A stretch of DNA of 64,000 bases from a virus. Each line of letters opens with the position of its first letter. Position 1 is the stretch's first letter. The stretch is from the IMG/VR virus record IMGVR_UViG_3300044701_002547, positions 32,001-96,000 of that record; one strand, given 5' to 3'. The notes under the pieces are model-generated. The model worked only from the letters and a program-made list of their open reading frames with translations. It ran no database searches and was not told where the DNA came from. A program made the position numbers and the translations under genes. Below are positions 37,563-48,765 of this stretch, in pieces.

Positions 37563-37874
37563 ATGTCTTTTAAGTACAGAATCAGTCACGCATACTGTTG
37601 GTACAATAATGGTAGTATGATTGTGAAAATGTACTTCATCAACGAGATTCCCTTTACCTTTGATGAGCTCCCAGACGGGCACTTATACGACCAAGAACTC
37701 TGTAGAACAGCAGACAAATATAGAGCTTTTGAACCAGAAGACTTATATAAAAACTCGTTCTATCTTATAGACGAAGAGGCACATCCTTGCTTGTTCCCAA
37801 TGGACCTAGAAAACCCAGAGGATATGCCACCAGATGTAGAATATCTTTTTGATGAGGAAGATTTGACCAGCTAA
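37563..37874 (+). CDS. Hypothetical protein
   Basis: ATG at 37563; the ORF-track start at 37488 lies inside the tRNA exon. Confidence 0.65.
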   Translation: MSFKYRISHAYCWYNNGSMIVKMYFINEIPFTFDELPDGHLYDQELCRTADKYRAFEPEDLYKNSFYLIDEEAHPCLFPMDLENPEDMPPDVEYLFDEEDLTS

Positions 37875-37909
37875 ATAAAAGATAGCAATAATTTAGAAGT
37901 CATAATACG

Positions 37910-40900
37910 ATGCCTCTGAATAAATTAGACAATTTTATTAAGAATACCGAAGGTCGTATTCTTTATGTAAATCCAAACGACCTTGATTCTACTGATGGTA
38001 TTGAAAATCAAGGCAATTCTCTTGCTCGTCCATTTAAAACGATTCAGAGAGCACTTTTAGAAGCGGCAAGATTTTCATATGTACGGGGAAATAATAACGA
38101 CCTCGTAGAAAAGACGACAATTCTTCTTTTTCCTGGAGAACATCTAGTAGATAACCGCCCAGGATGGGCAATTTACGATAATTCTGGAGCAAAAGCAGTT
38201 AGTAGATCGGGGTCAGAATCTGTTGCGTCTTCAGTATTTTCTCTTGGTTTAGAATCTAATTTTGATTTAAACCAAGAAGATAACATTCTTTATAAGTTCA
38301 ATAGTTACTATGGTGGTGTTGTAGTACCAAGAGGAACTTCAATTGTTGGTCTAGATCTTAGAAAAACAAAAATTCGTCCAAAATATATTCCAAATCCAAC
38401 TGATGATAATGTAGATAATTCTGCAATTTTTAGAATTACTGGTGCTTGTTATTTCTGGCAATTCTCCATGTTTGATGGGGACTCAAGTGGATTGGTTTAT
38501 ACAAACCCCGATAATTTTGGTGGAGTTTATTTATCAACACCTAACTTTTCTCACCACAAACTAACTTGCTTTGAGTTTTGTGATGGTGTAAATGAAGTAA
38601 GTTCTTATGGTCTCACAGACCTTGATATGTATTATAGTAAGGTCTCTAATGCTTATAATGCATATCGTGAAATTCGTGAAAAATTTCCATCTGATTCTGA
38701 TGGATTTGCAAAGAGAAATCCAGAATGGGAAATTGTAGGAGCTTTTGCTTCAGATCCACTCGAAATTTCTAACATTATTTCTGGAAATGGTTTTGTAGCA
38801 AGTGCTGTTGTGACCGTGACAACTACACAAGAGCACGGTTTAAATGAAGGAACTCCGATCAAAATTAAAGGAGTTGGTGATGGCACTGGTCTAACGGACA
38901 ACTATAATATTTCAACTACTGTTCAAAATATTCTGAGTCCAACTTCATTCACTTATCTTTTACCTGCACTAGAATCATATGTAACAATTTCAGCAAGTCC
39001 AAGTTTTTCTGGCGCAACAGTTACTGTAGAAACTGATACTGTATCAGGTGCTTCTCCGTATATCTTTAACTGCTCTCTTCGTTCAGTTTGGGGTATGAAT
39101 GGACTTCATGCTGATGGAAGTAAGGCATCTGGTTTTAGAAGTACCGTTGTAGCACAATTCACGGCAGTTTCTCTACAAAAAGATGATCGAGCATTTGCAA
39201 AATACGATAAACCATCGAGAACCTATCAGTCCGTAAATTATAGTACAGTTTATGGTGCTGCTTTATCGGAAGGATCCTCTCAAACAGATGAAAGTAAAGT
39301 CTATCATTTAGATTCCGATGCAATTTATCGACAAGGGTGGGAATCTTCGCATATTAAGATTTCAAATGATGCATTTATTCAGGTAGTTTCTGTATTTGCG
39401 ATTGGATTTAATAAGCATTTTGATGCTCAAACTGGTGGCGATGCTTCAATTACAAACTCTAACTCTAACTTTGGACAGATTTCTCTAAGTTCTTCTGGAT
39501 TTAAAAAAGAATCATTTGAAAAAGATAATAGAGCATTTATTACATCTATTATTCCCCCAAGAGCAATTACTGGAGTAGAAGAAGAAATTGATTGGGTATC
39601 TTTAGATGTTGGATTAACAACTTCAATAGGAGTTACGAAAGGAATTTCAAATCATTTATATCTTTTTGGATTTACTTCTCCAGATAATCCACCATCATCA
39701 ATTACACAAGGATATAGAATTGGTGCGAAATTAAATGATAAATTGCATTTGATTGGACTAGGAGTAACTTACTCAGCTTCCATCTATATGTGTGATAATG
39801 AAATCAGTATATCTGGTTTTACCACCGCTCTTGGAAGTACAAGTTCTGTTAAAACATATACTGTAATTTCTGGTCCTACTGCAAATTCTTTTAATGTTGG
39901 ATCTAACAGTGGTATTTTAACTGGAGAAAAAGTTAAAATCATAAGTGATGATGGTGATTTGCCCGAGAATATTGAAGCACATCAAACATACTATGCAATT
40001 AAAGATAGTAGTAATGCAATTAAATTAGCATCTTCATATACAAACGCACTTCAAAATCAAGAAATTGATGTTTATGGTGGAACAAATCTAAAAATCTTGA
40101 GTCGTGTTTCCGATAAAGATGTTAGAGAACTTGGATCTCCAATTCAATATGATGCTGAATATGGTAATTGGTTTATTCACGTCAATTCTGGAAATGAAAT
40201 TTATAATGCATTTGCTGCTGGTGGCGTTGAAACTTATGGAGAAACAACTGACGTTGCTTTTGTAAAGAGAATTTCTGACGAAAGAAGTCTAGATGAAAAA
40301 CTCTATAAGTTTAGAGTTGTAATTCCGAAAGAACTATCAAACTCAAAAGATCCAGAATCTGGATTTATTCTTCAAGAAAGCAGCACTACTGGATCTAGAA
40401 GTAGTGTAGATTTTACGAGAACAAGTATTGGAAGAACTGATTATGATTACAATAAAAATCCAAGATTCATTTCAACTTGCACTGAAAGTTCTGGTACAGT
40501 TACAGTAATTTCTGAGCTCCCTCATAATATCCAAGTGGGTGAAACTGTTATTATTAGAAATGTTAAGAGCTCTACAAATTCAACTGGAACTTTCAATTCT
40601 GGATATAATGGTTCATTTGAAGTCACTGGAGTTACAGATGTAAATACCTTCAGTTACTCGACCAATAACTTAGTTACAGGCGCTACTCAAACGACAGGAA
40701 CTTTTACGAGTAATACAAGCGTAAGAGATGAAAATCTTCCAAGATTTGAACGAAATGATTGGAAAGCAAATCTATTTGTTTATCGTAATGAAGTAATTTC
40801 TCCTTATATTCAAGATAAGCAAGATGGAATTTATCATCTGTATGTTTTAAATGCAAATAATCAGGTCACTGAAGAATTTACAAGTCTAAAATTTGGACAA

Positions 40901-43309
40901 CTTCCTGCTGATCTTTATCCTCAATTAGATCGTGATAATGTAAATGATAATCCAAGATCAGCAAAAACTTATGCAAAGCGTGCTCCAATTGGTGATGTTG
41001 TAACAAATGATCTGAAAAAAAGTATTACTAGAGAAACATCTGACTTAATACTCAAAGAAATTGGAATTGGACTCTCAATTTCTTCCTTTAATTCTGGAAC
41101 TAGTACAATAAATTTCTCAAGATTCCACGGATTATCTGGTATTGTAACTGGATCCGTAACACCAGGTTCTACATATAATCCAGGAACTTATTATGGGGTC
41201 AAACTTTTAAACGGTTCTCAAACTGGAACATGGAATGGAGCAACCGCAAATGTTGTTGTGTCTGGTGCTGGAAATTCCATCACTTCTGTAAATATTATGA
41301 GTCCTGGATCTGGATATAGTGCTACTGCATTATATTTTGATCAAAGTAGAATTGGTGTTGGGGATAGTGCTGCAAGATATACAATCACCACAGTGGGAAT
41401 TTCTACAAATATTGGTGATGTCGTACAAGTTACTGGAACTGGAACTACCTCTGATGGATATTATCGTATATCATCTGTTCCATCTTCAACTTCTGTTGCA
41501 ATTGCTAGAACAAGTGGAGATCCCACAATTCTTTCGGGACAGTATGCTTTTGTTGTAGGTCCCTCTATACAAATTACATCCTCAAATTATACTTCGGCAA
41601 CAGGAATCACAACATTTATAACTTCTTCTGCACATGGATTGTTAGTTGGAAATAAATTTAGAATCATAGATTCAAGTAATAACAATCTTGGTGACTATGT
41701 TGTAAAAGACAGACAAAGTGTAACCTCATTTACGGCAGTTACAAACCAATCAATTTCTGCAGTAAATGGTTATGTTCTTAAGCACGGTCTATCCTCAAAT
41801 GGTGGGGTTTCTGATGTAACAGGAGAAAATCTTGGTAGTCGCGGCGTTTCATTTTATGATGGAAGAGCATTTAAACTTAATGCTAGTGTGACATCTACCG
41901 CAACAACAATCTTTATCAGTAATATTGTTGGTATTGCAACGGCGCAAAGATTACCTCTTGGATCTTATATTCAGATTGATAATGAGATTATGAGAGTTAC
42001 CAGTGATAATAATTCCACTCAAGCAACTGTAGAACGTGGTATTTTTGGAACTGTTTCAGAGGCTCATGATAATGATTCCTTAGTTCGTAAAATTGATCCA
42101 GTCGCAATTGAATTCCGCAGACCTTCAATTATTCGCGCATCAGGTCATACTTTTGAATATCTTGGATATGGTCCTGGTAACTATTCAACTGGATTACCTC
42201 AAGTTCAAGTTAAGACATTATCAGAAGCAGAACAATTCTTCTCACAAGCTCAGGAAAGATCTGCTGGAGTTGTTGTCTATACTGGTATGAATAATAATGG
42301 CGATTTCTTTAATGGAAACACCAAAACTATTGCAGCAAGTGGAGAAGTTGTTTCTTATGATATTCCAACTCCAACTGTAACTGGTGAAAATTCTAAAAAA
42401 CTAAGTTCTGTATTTGATGAAGTTACTATTAAAGATAGACTTCTCGTTGAGGGTGGAGTATCTGGAACAGTTCTTTCTCAATTTGACGGACCAGTTACTT
42501 TCAATAAAGAAATTAAATTAAAAGCTGCTGGAGTTTTTAGTGCTGGATTAAAAGTTACAAATAATACTCCATCAACATCAACAACCACTGGTTCATTAAT
42601 TGTATCTGGTGGAGTTGGAATTGGTGGAAGATTAAATGTTGGTGGAGCAGTTGATTTTGATTCAACTCTAAATGTAGATGGTGCGGCAACTTTCCAAAAT
42701 AGTGTAACATTTAACAGTTCTATTGTAGTAGATTCAAACTTAAGATTCAATGATAATGATCATTTGTATCTTGGGAATGGAAATGATTTAGACATTTATC
42801 ACGATGGATCAAACAGTTATATTAAAGATTCTGGAACTGCTAGTTTAATTCTACAATCCAATCTCTTAGAAATTAGAAATGCTGCTGGAACAGAAACTCT
42901 TGCTACATTCACAGAAAATAGTGCCGTAAGTCTTTATTTTGATAATTCAGTTAAATTATCTACAAAATCTGCTGGTATTGATATAACAGGACAACTTGAT
43001 GTAACTGGAGATATCACTGCTTTCTATACTTCTGATCAAAGATTAAAGGATAACATCGCTCCTATTCCCAATGCACTAGATAAAGTATTATCCTTAAGTG
43101 GTAATACTTTTGATTGGAATGATAAATCTGGAAAAGAAGGAACAGAAGTTGGTGTCATTGCACAAGAAGTTCAAGCAGTTCTTCCTGAAGTGGTAATTGA
43201 AAGAGATAATGGATATCTTGCAGTCCAATATGAAAAACTTGTTCCCCTCTTAATTGAAGCGATTAAAGAACTTAAAGAAGAAATTAACGAACTTAAAGGA
43301 GTTAATTGA
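37910..43309 (+). CDS. Large virion/tail fibre protein with C-terminal S74 chaperone domain
   Basis: 1799 aa; RPFKTIQRAL N-terminal motif, repeated H.L..G beta modules, SDQRLKDNI..GVIAQEV..YEKLVPLLIEAIKEL; ctaaata at 37871. Confidence 0.85.
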   Translation: MPLNKLDNFIKNTEGRILYVNPNDLDSTDGIENQGNSLARPFKTIQRALLEAARFSYVRGNNNDLVEKTTILLFPGEHLVDNRPGWAIYDNSGAKAVSRSGSESVASSVFSLGLESNFDLNQEDNILYKFNSYYGGVVVPRGTSIVGLDLRKTKIRPKYIPNPTDDNVDNSAIFRITGACYFWQFSMFDGDSSGLVYTNPDNFGGVYLSTPNFSHHKLTCFEFCDGVNEVSSYGLTDLDMYYSKVSNAYNAYREIREKFPSDSDGFAKRNPEWEIVGAFASDPLEISNIISGNGFVASAVVTVTTTQEHGLNEGTPIKIKGVGDGTGLTDNYNISTTVQNILSPTSFTYLLPALESYVTISASPSFSGATVTVETDTVSGASPYIFNCSLRSVWGMNGLHADGSKASGFRSTVVAQFTAVSLQKDDRAFAKYDKPSRTYQSVNYSTVYGAALSEGSSQTDESKVYHLDSDAIYRQGWESSHIKISNDAFIQVVSVFAIGFNKHFDAQTGGDASITNSNSNFGQISLSSSGFKKESFEKDNRAFITSIIPPRAITGVEEEIDWVSLDVGLTTSIGVTKGISNHLYLFGFTSPDNPPSSITQGYRIGAKLNDKLHLIGLGVTYSASIYMCDNEISISGFTTALGSTSSVKTYTVISGPTANSFNVGSNSGILTGEKVKIISDDGDLPENIEAHQTYYAIKDSSNAIKLASSYTNALQNQEIDVYGGTNLKILSRVSDKDVRELGSPIQYDAEYGNWFIHVNSGNEIYNAFAAGGVETYGETTDVAFVKRISDERSLDEKLYKFRVVIPKELSNSKDPESGFILQESSTTGSRSSVDFTRTSIGRTDYDYNKNPRFISTCTESSGTVTVISELPHNIQVGETVIIRNVKSSTNSTGTFNSGYNGSFEVTGVTDVNTFSYSTNNLVTGATQTTGTFTSNTSVRDENLPRFERNDWKANLFVYRNEVISPYIQDKQDGIYHLYVLNANNQVTEEFTSLKFGQLPADLYPQLDRDNVNDNPRSAKTYAKRAPIGDVVTNDLKKSITRETSDLILKEIGIGLSISSFNSGTSTINFSRFHGLSGIVTGSVTPGSTYNPGTYYGVKLLNGSQTGTWNGATANVVVSGAGNSITSVNIMSPGSGYSATALYFDQSRIGVGDSAARYTITTVGISTNIGDVVQVTGTGTTSDGYYRISSVPSSTSVAIARTSGDPTILSGQYAFVVGPSIQITSSNYTSATGITTFITSSAHGLLVGNKFRIIDSSNNNLGDYVVKDRQSVTSFTAVTNQSISAVNGYVLKHGLSSNGGVSDVTGENLGSRGVSFYDGRAFKLNASVTSTATTIFISNIVGIATAQRLPLGSYIQIDNEIMRVTSDNNSTQATVERGIFGTVSEAHDNDSLVRKIDPVAIEFRRPSIIRASGHTFEYLGYGPGNYSTGLPQVQVKTLSEAEQFFSQAQERSAGVVVYTGMNNNGDFFNGNTKTIAASGEVVSYDIPTPTVTGENSKKLSSVFDEVTIKDRLLVEGGVSGTVLSQFDGPVTFNKEIKLKAAGVFSAGLKVTNNTPSTSTTTGSLIVSGGVGIGGRLNVGGAVDFDSTLNVDGAATFQNSVTFNSSIVVDSNLRFNDNDHLYLGNGNDLDIYHDGSNSYIKDSGTASLILQSNLLEIRNAAGTETLATFTENSAVSLYFDNSVKLSTKSAGIDITGQLDVTGDITAFYTSDQRLKDNIAPIPNALDKVLSLSGNTFDWNDKSGKEGTEVGVIAQEVQAVLPEVVIERDNGYLAVQYEKLVPLLIEAIKELKEEINELKGVN

Positions 43310-44346
43310 AGATGGCATTACAAGCATCTGGTCCGATTTCTTTTTCTCAAATTGCAAATGAATTTGGAACACCACCTGGAATAAATTTAGGTGCTTATAG
43401 AGTAAGTCAAAATGTGGGGTCTTTAAGTAATCTTGCATTAGATAACGCAGTAAATGCTTCTGGAATTGTTACTGCTTTAATACCCCAATCAGGTGCTATT
43501 AAGTTTAGTGATTTTTATAATAAAAAATTGAATGTTATTGTTGATTTGTTTTCAGTTCCAGATTATTCTCAAAGACTTGTTGCAAGATCTAGATATCCAA
43601 ATAATTCTATTCCTATAATTCCTTCGGGTGCAGTAAAAAGTAATCCATCTAGTACATCGGGGACTAGAATAATTATCAATGTCAATAAAATTATTGGATC
43701 CTCTAAAAATAATATTAATCAAGTTGCCGTAAGAACTGGATCTTGGGATACTAATACTCAATTAGAGATGCAAATTGGTCAAAATGCACAGATTTATGGT
43801 GCTGGTGGAAATGGTGGTGCAGGAGGATCTAACTCTCAAGCAGGACAACCTGGAGGTTCTGGAACTAGTGCATTGGGAATTGATTATCCAGTTACTGTAG
43901 TAAATAGAGGATATATTCAAGCAGGTGGTGGTGGAGGTGGTGGGGGTAGTTGGATTAATAGAACCACTAGAACTGGATCTTTCACTCGAAATAGAAGGGA
44001 AAGAAGATCTGGTGGTAATGGTGGTGGAGGAGGAGCTGGATTCCCTCTTGGAACTGGAGGACCTGGCGGATCTGGATCCGCTAATAACGGAAATCCTGGA
44101 TCTTCAGGAACACTTAGAACTGGCGGCCCCGGTGGGACAAACGGTGGAACTGGTGGTGCAGGTGGAGGAGGAGGAGCTGGTGGACGTTCAGGAACTGCAG
44201 GTGCTGCAGGCAATGCAGCAGGAGGTGCCGCTGGTGGTGGTGGAAGAGCAATTATCATTTATAATAATGGAACTGGTACAACTATTAGAAATGTTGGTGC
44301 CGGAACTATTATTGGAAGTACGATTATCAATACAATCCCACAATAA
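43306..44346 (+). CDS. Glycine-rich adhesin-like protein (gp38-like layout)
   Basis: [46 protein letters not shown]. Confidence 0.65.
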   Translation: MKMALQASGPISFSQIANEFGTPPGINLGAYRVSQNVGSLSNLALDNAVNASGIVTALIPQSGAIKFSDFYNKKLNVIVDLFSVPDYSQRLVARSRYPNNSIPIIPSGAVKSNPSSTSGTRIIINVNKIIGSSKNNINQVAVRTGSWDTNTQLEMQIGQNAQIYGAGGNGGAGGSNSQAGQPGGSGTSALGIDYPVTVVNRGYIQAGGGGGGGGSWINRTTRTGSFTRNRRERRSGGNGGGGGAGFPLGTGGPGGSGSANNGNPGSSGTLRTGGPGGTNGGTGGAGGGGGAGGRSGTAGAAGNAAGGAAGGGGRAIIIYNNGTGTTIRNVGAGTIIGSTIINTIPQ

Positions 44347-44371
44347 TAAATAACTAAAAATACTATAAGAA

Positions 44372-46108
44372 ATGGCAAATAATTATAGAAAGTCATTTAA
44401 TTTTAGAAGTGGCGTTCAGGTTGATAATGATAATTTTATTGTAGATCCAAATGGATTAGTCGGAATTGGTACTTCTATTCCGACTGAATTTTTTGATCTT
44501 CGTGGAAATGCAAAAATTGTTGGATTAGTTACGGCAAATAATCTAGCAGTATCTGGAGTCTCCACATTTTATAATGATGTAAAAGTAGGAACAGGAATTA
44601 CATTTAACCCTTCTACTGGGGCAGTTAATGCGACAACATTTTATGGAAGTGCTGGAGGTCTTACAGGATTTTATGCTGTTGCAATTGATGGATGGTACAT
44701 AGACATTCCCAACTCTGGAATTTTTACAACATTTAAAGTTGGTATAGGAACTACTTTTCCTCAGTATTCTTTGCAGATTGGAGAGGATCCTATAACTGGG
44801 ACTGGATTTTCTGTAGATGAATTGACAGGTAACGTATATACTACTGGAATTATTACTGCAAACTCTTTTGTTGGAGTTGGAACAGGATTAACTGACCTAA
44901 ATGCGTCGAATATTTCTTCGGGAACAATAAGTTCGGAAAGATTACCAGTTCTTCCTAATGCTAAAATTCCAGATAATTTCCAAGTTGCTGGAATTATTAC
45001 TGCCCTAGGTTCATTTAATGGAACTCTAGTTGGGATTGCATCTACAGCAAGAGATTTAACTTCTAATGCTACAATTAATATAGAAGCAGCAACTGTTGGA
45101 GTTTCTACAATTTCCACAAGACTTAGAACAAGTGGGTCAGTTGGAGTGAATACAGATGTACCTTATGCTGCTGTTCACGTTGTAGGATCATCGAGCACTA
45201 CATTACATCTTACTGCAGATACAACTAATATTACTTTAGGTAGAAGTTTAAGTCCGACGGGAAATACTGGAGGTCTTAGATTTGGTAATACGAATGGATT
45301 ATATCCTTCAAGCACAACTAGGTCTTTAGACATTATTAACTATGATACTGGAAATTTAAATTATTATTTACATTATGGAGTCTCTGGAGTTGGAACTGGC
45401 AATTTCAATTGGATATATGCTCCAGATTCAACAAATGCATTGATGACCTTGACCTATGGTGGAAGACTTGGTATAGGTATTACAAATCCAACACATAGTC
45501 TTGAAGTAAATGGATCTGCACAAGTTACATCTTTAAATGTTAGTGGAAGTGTTTATGCAACTGGTGTAGGAGCTACTGTAACTGTAAGAGATCTTTATAT
45601 TTTAGATGGTCAAAATGGTGTAGTAGATGCTGACGGATCTTCTTTGTTTGATTTACCATTAAACTTTACCTCTGGAATTTCAACATTCTATGATCTTAAA
45701 GTAACTAATTTGGGACTTTTTGAACAAAAAATTGGTATTGGAAATATAAATCCATTAGAACCTTTACACATTGGTGGTGATTATTTAATTGATCCAGAAG
45801 ATGCTGTAGTTATTAATTCTTCTGGAATTGGAATTGGAACAACGGCACTTAGATATGGAGCAGGAATTGAAGGAATTAGTGTAACAGCATTATTTGGTTC
45901 AGTTGGAGTAGGAACAACTAATCCAGATAATCCAAGTGATCCAGCTGGAACAAGAGTACGTGTAGATGGAGATGTGGCAATTAGAGCTGGAGATCTTTAT
46001 GTTGGTGTCAGTACGGCAAGGGGTGTAATATTAACATCTCCAAACGGAACAAAATATCGATTAACTGTCTCTAATACTGGAACTTTAAGTACTGTTTTAG
46101 TGCCATAA
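44372..46108 (+). CDS. Tail fibre-like protein
   Basis: Repeated VGIGT..P and GIITA motifs; LTSPNGTKYRL.V.N.G C-terminus. Confidence 0.75.
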   Translation: MANNYRKSFNFRSGVQVDNDNFIVDPNGLVGIGTSIPTEFFDLRGNAKIVGLVTANNLAVSGVSTFYNDVKVGTGITFNPSTGAVNATTFYGSAGGLTGFYAVAIDGWYIDIPNSGIFTTFKVGIGTTFPQYSLQIGEDPITGTGFSVDELTGNVYTTGIITANSFVGVGTGLTDLNASNISSGTISSERLPVLPNAKIPDNFQVAGIITALGSFNGTLVGIASTARDLTSNATINIEAATVGVSTISTRLRTSGSVGVNTDVPYAAVHVVGSSSTTLHLTADTTNITLGRSLSPTGNTGGLRFGNTNGLYPSSTTRSLDIINYDTGNLNYYLHYGVSGVGTGNFNWIYAPDSTNALMTLTYGGRLGIGITNPTHSLEVNGSAQVTSLNVSGSVYATGVGATVTVRDLYILDGQNGVVDADGSSLFDLPLNFTSGISTFYDLKVTNLGLFEQKIGIGNINPLEPLHIGGDYLIDPEDAVVINSSGIGIGTTALRYGAGIEGISVTALFGSVGVGTTNPDNPSDPAGTRVRVDGDVAIRAGDLYVGVSTARGVILTSPNGTKYRLTVSNTGTLSTVLVP

Positions 46109-46190
46109 CAACCACTTTCCAAACTGGCACACAGGGGGTCGCAAGACCCCTTTTTTGCTGCTATAATACTTTCATATTCAGCAGAGAACC

Positions 46191-47417
46191 GTGATTCAAC
46201 TCCGTCCTCACCAACAGACTGCTCTGGATGCCCTCGCTCAGCATTCTAAGGGTATCTGTGTGTTCCCGACTGGTGGTGGTAAGACCAACGTGGGAATCTT
46301 CGATGCTATGCGTGAGTTTCAGTCTGACGCCCCTAAGACCGTTGTAGTGGTTGCTCCTCGCATTCTGCTTGCCGAGCAACTCTCCAGTGAGTATCTGGAG
46401 TTCATCACTACCGTTGCTGTGCTTCACGTTCATTCGGGTGAGACGCACCACTATAGCACGACCAAACCCGCAGAGATTTACAACTGGTGCCGTCGTGCCT
46501 ACAAGCATCAACTGATTTTCACCACCTATAACTCTCTGCAGCGTCTGGTTGATGCAGATATTGAGGTGGATACGATCTACTTTGATGAGGCACATAATAG
46601 CGTTCAGCGTCACTTCTTCCCTGCCGTTGAGCACTTTGCTGCTGAGGCAAAGCGTTGTTATTTCTTCACCGCCACGCCCAAGTATTCTGTGACTGTGGGT
46701 AAGGCAGGTATGAACGACGCTGATGTGTATGGTCAAATCATCGCTAAGGTTCCTGCTCCTGAACTGGTGGAGGGTGGTTACATCATTCCCCCTAAGGTCA
46801 TCACCGCCCCGATGCGCCTCTCTGTGAAGGGTGAGGACATCGCCCAGCGTGACTGTGAGTATCTGCTCCAGATCATTCAGGAGAACCCTGTGGATAAGAT
46901 TCTGGTGTGTGCGAAGGCAACCAAGCACATCATCGGTCTGCTGTCTGAAACTGACTTTGCCCAGCAACTGGAAGAGGCAGGATACTCTGTGCTTCACATC
47001 ACCGCAAAGCACGGTGCTTTTATTGACGGTCAGAAAGTCAATCGTGAGGTGTTCTTTGATACGCTGAATGAGTGGGGCAAGGATGCCGACAAGAAGTTTG
47101 TGGTTCTTCATCACAGCATTCTTGCCGAAGGCATCAACATCTCTGCTCTGGAAGCGGTCGTGTTCCTGCGCTCTATGGACGTTGTGGGCATCGGGCAGAC
47201 GGTTGGGCGTACTCTGCGTCTTCACCCCGCTGACGCTGCTGGAATCCGCTCTGGTGCGCTTCAGGCGGGCGCTCTGGAGTCCTACACCAAGTCCTATGGT
47301 CTGGTGGTCTGCCCCGTGTTTGACCGTGCTTCTGCGGGCACTGCGAAGGCAGTCCAGAACGTCGTGGATATCATCTTTGAGCAGGGTGACGTTGCCGTCA
47401 GTGTTGTTAGGAGGTAA
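46191..47417 (+). CDS. SF2 DEAD/DEAH-box helicase
   Basis: LRPHQ, PTGGGKT, DEAH, FTATP, LAEGINI, QTVGRTLR. Confidence 0.92.
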   Translation: MIQLRPHQQTALDALAQHSKGICVFPTGGGKTNVGIFDAMREFQSDAPKTVVVVAPRILLAEQLSSEYLEFITTVAVLHVHSGETHHYSTTKPAEIYNWCRRAYKHQLIFTTYNSLQRLVDADIEVDTIYFDEAHNSVQRHFFPAVEHFAAEAKRCYFFTATPKYSVTVGKAGMNDADVYGQIIAKVPAPELVEGGYIIPPKVITAPMRLSVKGEDIAQRDCEYLLQIIQENPVDKILVCAKATKHIIGLLSETDFAQQLEEAGYSVLHITAKHGAFIDGQKVNREVFFDTLNEWGKDADKKFVVLHHSILAEGINISALEAVVFLRSMDVVGIGQTVGRTLRLHPADAAGIRSGALQAGALESYTKSYGLVVCPVFDRASAGTAKAVQNVVDIIFEQGDVAVSVVRR

Positions 47418-47418
47418 G

Positions 47419-48096
47419 ATGACTGAAGAATTAAAAATCTATGCTGAACCAATTACGTCTTTGTATTATGTAAAATCTAAAATTCCAAATAAAATATTGA
47501 ATCTAATAAACGAGGACATTGATTATCTTCTAAACAATAAAGATGAGTTTAAAAAATGGAATCAATATTTGGCTGGAAATATTTCTGAAGAATATAAATT
47601 TTCTGGGAAAAGTTATGAATTATTAGAAGAATTTGTTTTAAAAATCGCTGAAAATTATTTTTATGTTATTGAGGATGAAAAATTAAACCCATATAAAAAA
47701 TATGATCATTTTGATACATTTTTTAACAAAGAAAGGACATATATTCTTGAAAGTTTGTGGGTAAATTTTCAGAAAAAATATGAATTCAATCCCATTCACT
47801 CCCATAGCGGAGATTATTCTTTTGTGATTTGGGTTCGAATACCTTATGATCTTCAAAATGAATTGAATCAGGATAATTGTAAGAATTCAAATCAAGCATT
47901 CAATTCTTTGTTTTCCTTCTCCTTCACTTCTGCATCTGGAGATATTCAGTCTTTGACATTAGAAATAGATAAAACCTGGGAAGGTGTTATAGTAATGTTT
48001 CCATCTTGGCTTATGCACACAGTATATCCTTTTTATACTTCAGATGACTATAGAGTCTCTATTGCGGGAAATATATACCTAAGAGAAGAAATGTAA
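47419..48096 (+). CDS. 2OG-Fe(II) oxygenase (TIGR02466-like)
   Basis: WVNFQ..YEFNPIHSH, FPSWLMH.VYPF, RVSIAGN; likely start is ATG 47419, just after the helicase stop. Confidence 0.85.
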   Translation: MTEELKIYAEPITSLYYVKSKIPNKILNLINEDIDYLLNNKDEFKKWNQYLAGNISEEYKFSGKSYELLEEFVLKIAENYFYVIEDEKLNPYKKYDHFDTFFNKERTYILESLWVNFQKKYEFNPIHSHSGDYSFVIWVRIPYDLQNELNQDNCKNSNQAFNSLFSFSFTSASGDIQSLTLEIDKTWEGVIVMFPSWLMHTVYPFYTSDDYRVSIAGNIYLREEM

Positions 48097-48099
48097 CAA

Positions 48100-48765
48100 A
48101 TGAAAAAAACATATGATGATCAATCAAAAATCTCAATTTTTCCAATATCATTTTTCCAGACAAAAGTGGAAAATAATGATGAGATTAAAAAAGATTTGGT
48201 TTCTAAAATTCTTAAAGATTCCGAAGACCTTCAAATCCCAGAAGGGTGGTTTACTCATAAACTAAAAACTTCTTTTTCTGGAGAAAAACCAGGGAAAGAA
48301 GTTTTCTTTGGGGAAGATAATACATATCAATCAATTTTAGAACAGAAATACGCAAGATGTTTTGATAGGTTTTTTGATTATAATTATCAGATTATGATTG
48401 ATGAAATATGGTATAATTGTTATGCAAAAGATGAATATCAAGAGGAACACGATCACTTGGGGGGACCATTTAATAATGTACAGTTTTCCTGCATTCACTT
48501 TTTATCCTTTGACAAAACTTCTCATAATCCTCCAGTGTTTTCGGATCCATTGGAACAGGTAAGGAATCTTTCTTTGGAAATGGAAAGAAATATGTATGAT
48601 TCTAAATATTCACCACAAATTGAAGAAGGTGATTTTATTATGTTTCCCTCATATCTTCGTCATTCTGTTTTACCAAAAAATTATAATAGGAAGTATCCAA
48701 GAATTACAATAGCTATGAATATAAAAGTTTTACAGTATGGAGAGCAAGGACAAAATGACTATTAA
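48100..48765 (+). CDS. 2OG-Fe(II) oxygenase (TIGR02466-like)
   Basis: WYN.Y....YQE.HDH, EEGDFIMFPSYLRHSV, RITIAMN. Confidence 0.85.
   Translation: MKKTYDDQSKISIFPISFFQTKVENNDEIKKDLVSKILKDSEDLQIPEGWFTHKLKTSFSGEKPGKEVFFGEDNTYQSILEQKYARCFDRFFDYNYQIMIDEIWYNCYAKDEYQEEHDHLGGPFNNVQFSCIHFLSFDKTSHNPPVFSDPLEQVRNLSLEMERNMYDSKYSPQIEEGDFIMFPSYLRHSVLPKNYNRKYPRITIAMNIKVLQYGEQGQNDY

Noticed and set aside
46161-47225. 354-aa antisense ORF
   Set aside because: Mirrors the helicase and is explained by its codon bias; no recognisable motifs.
47068-47418. N-terminal extension of the 342-aa ORF, or a helicase-oxygenase fusion
   Set aside because: Out-of-frame overlap with the helicase; composition changes at ATG 47419; no slippery site noticed.
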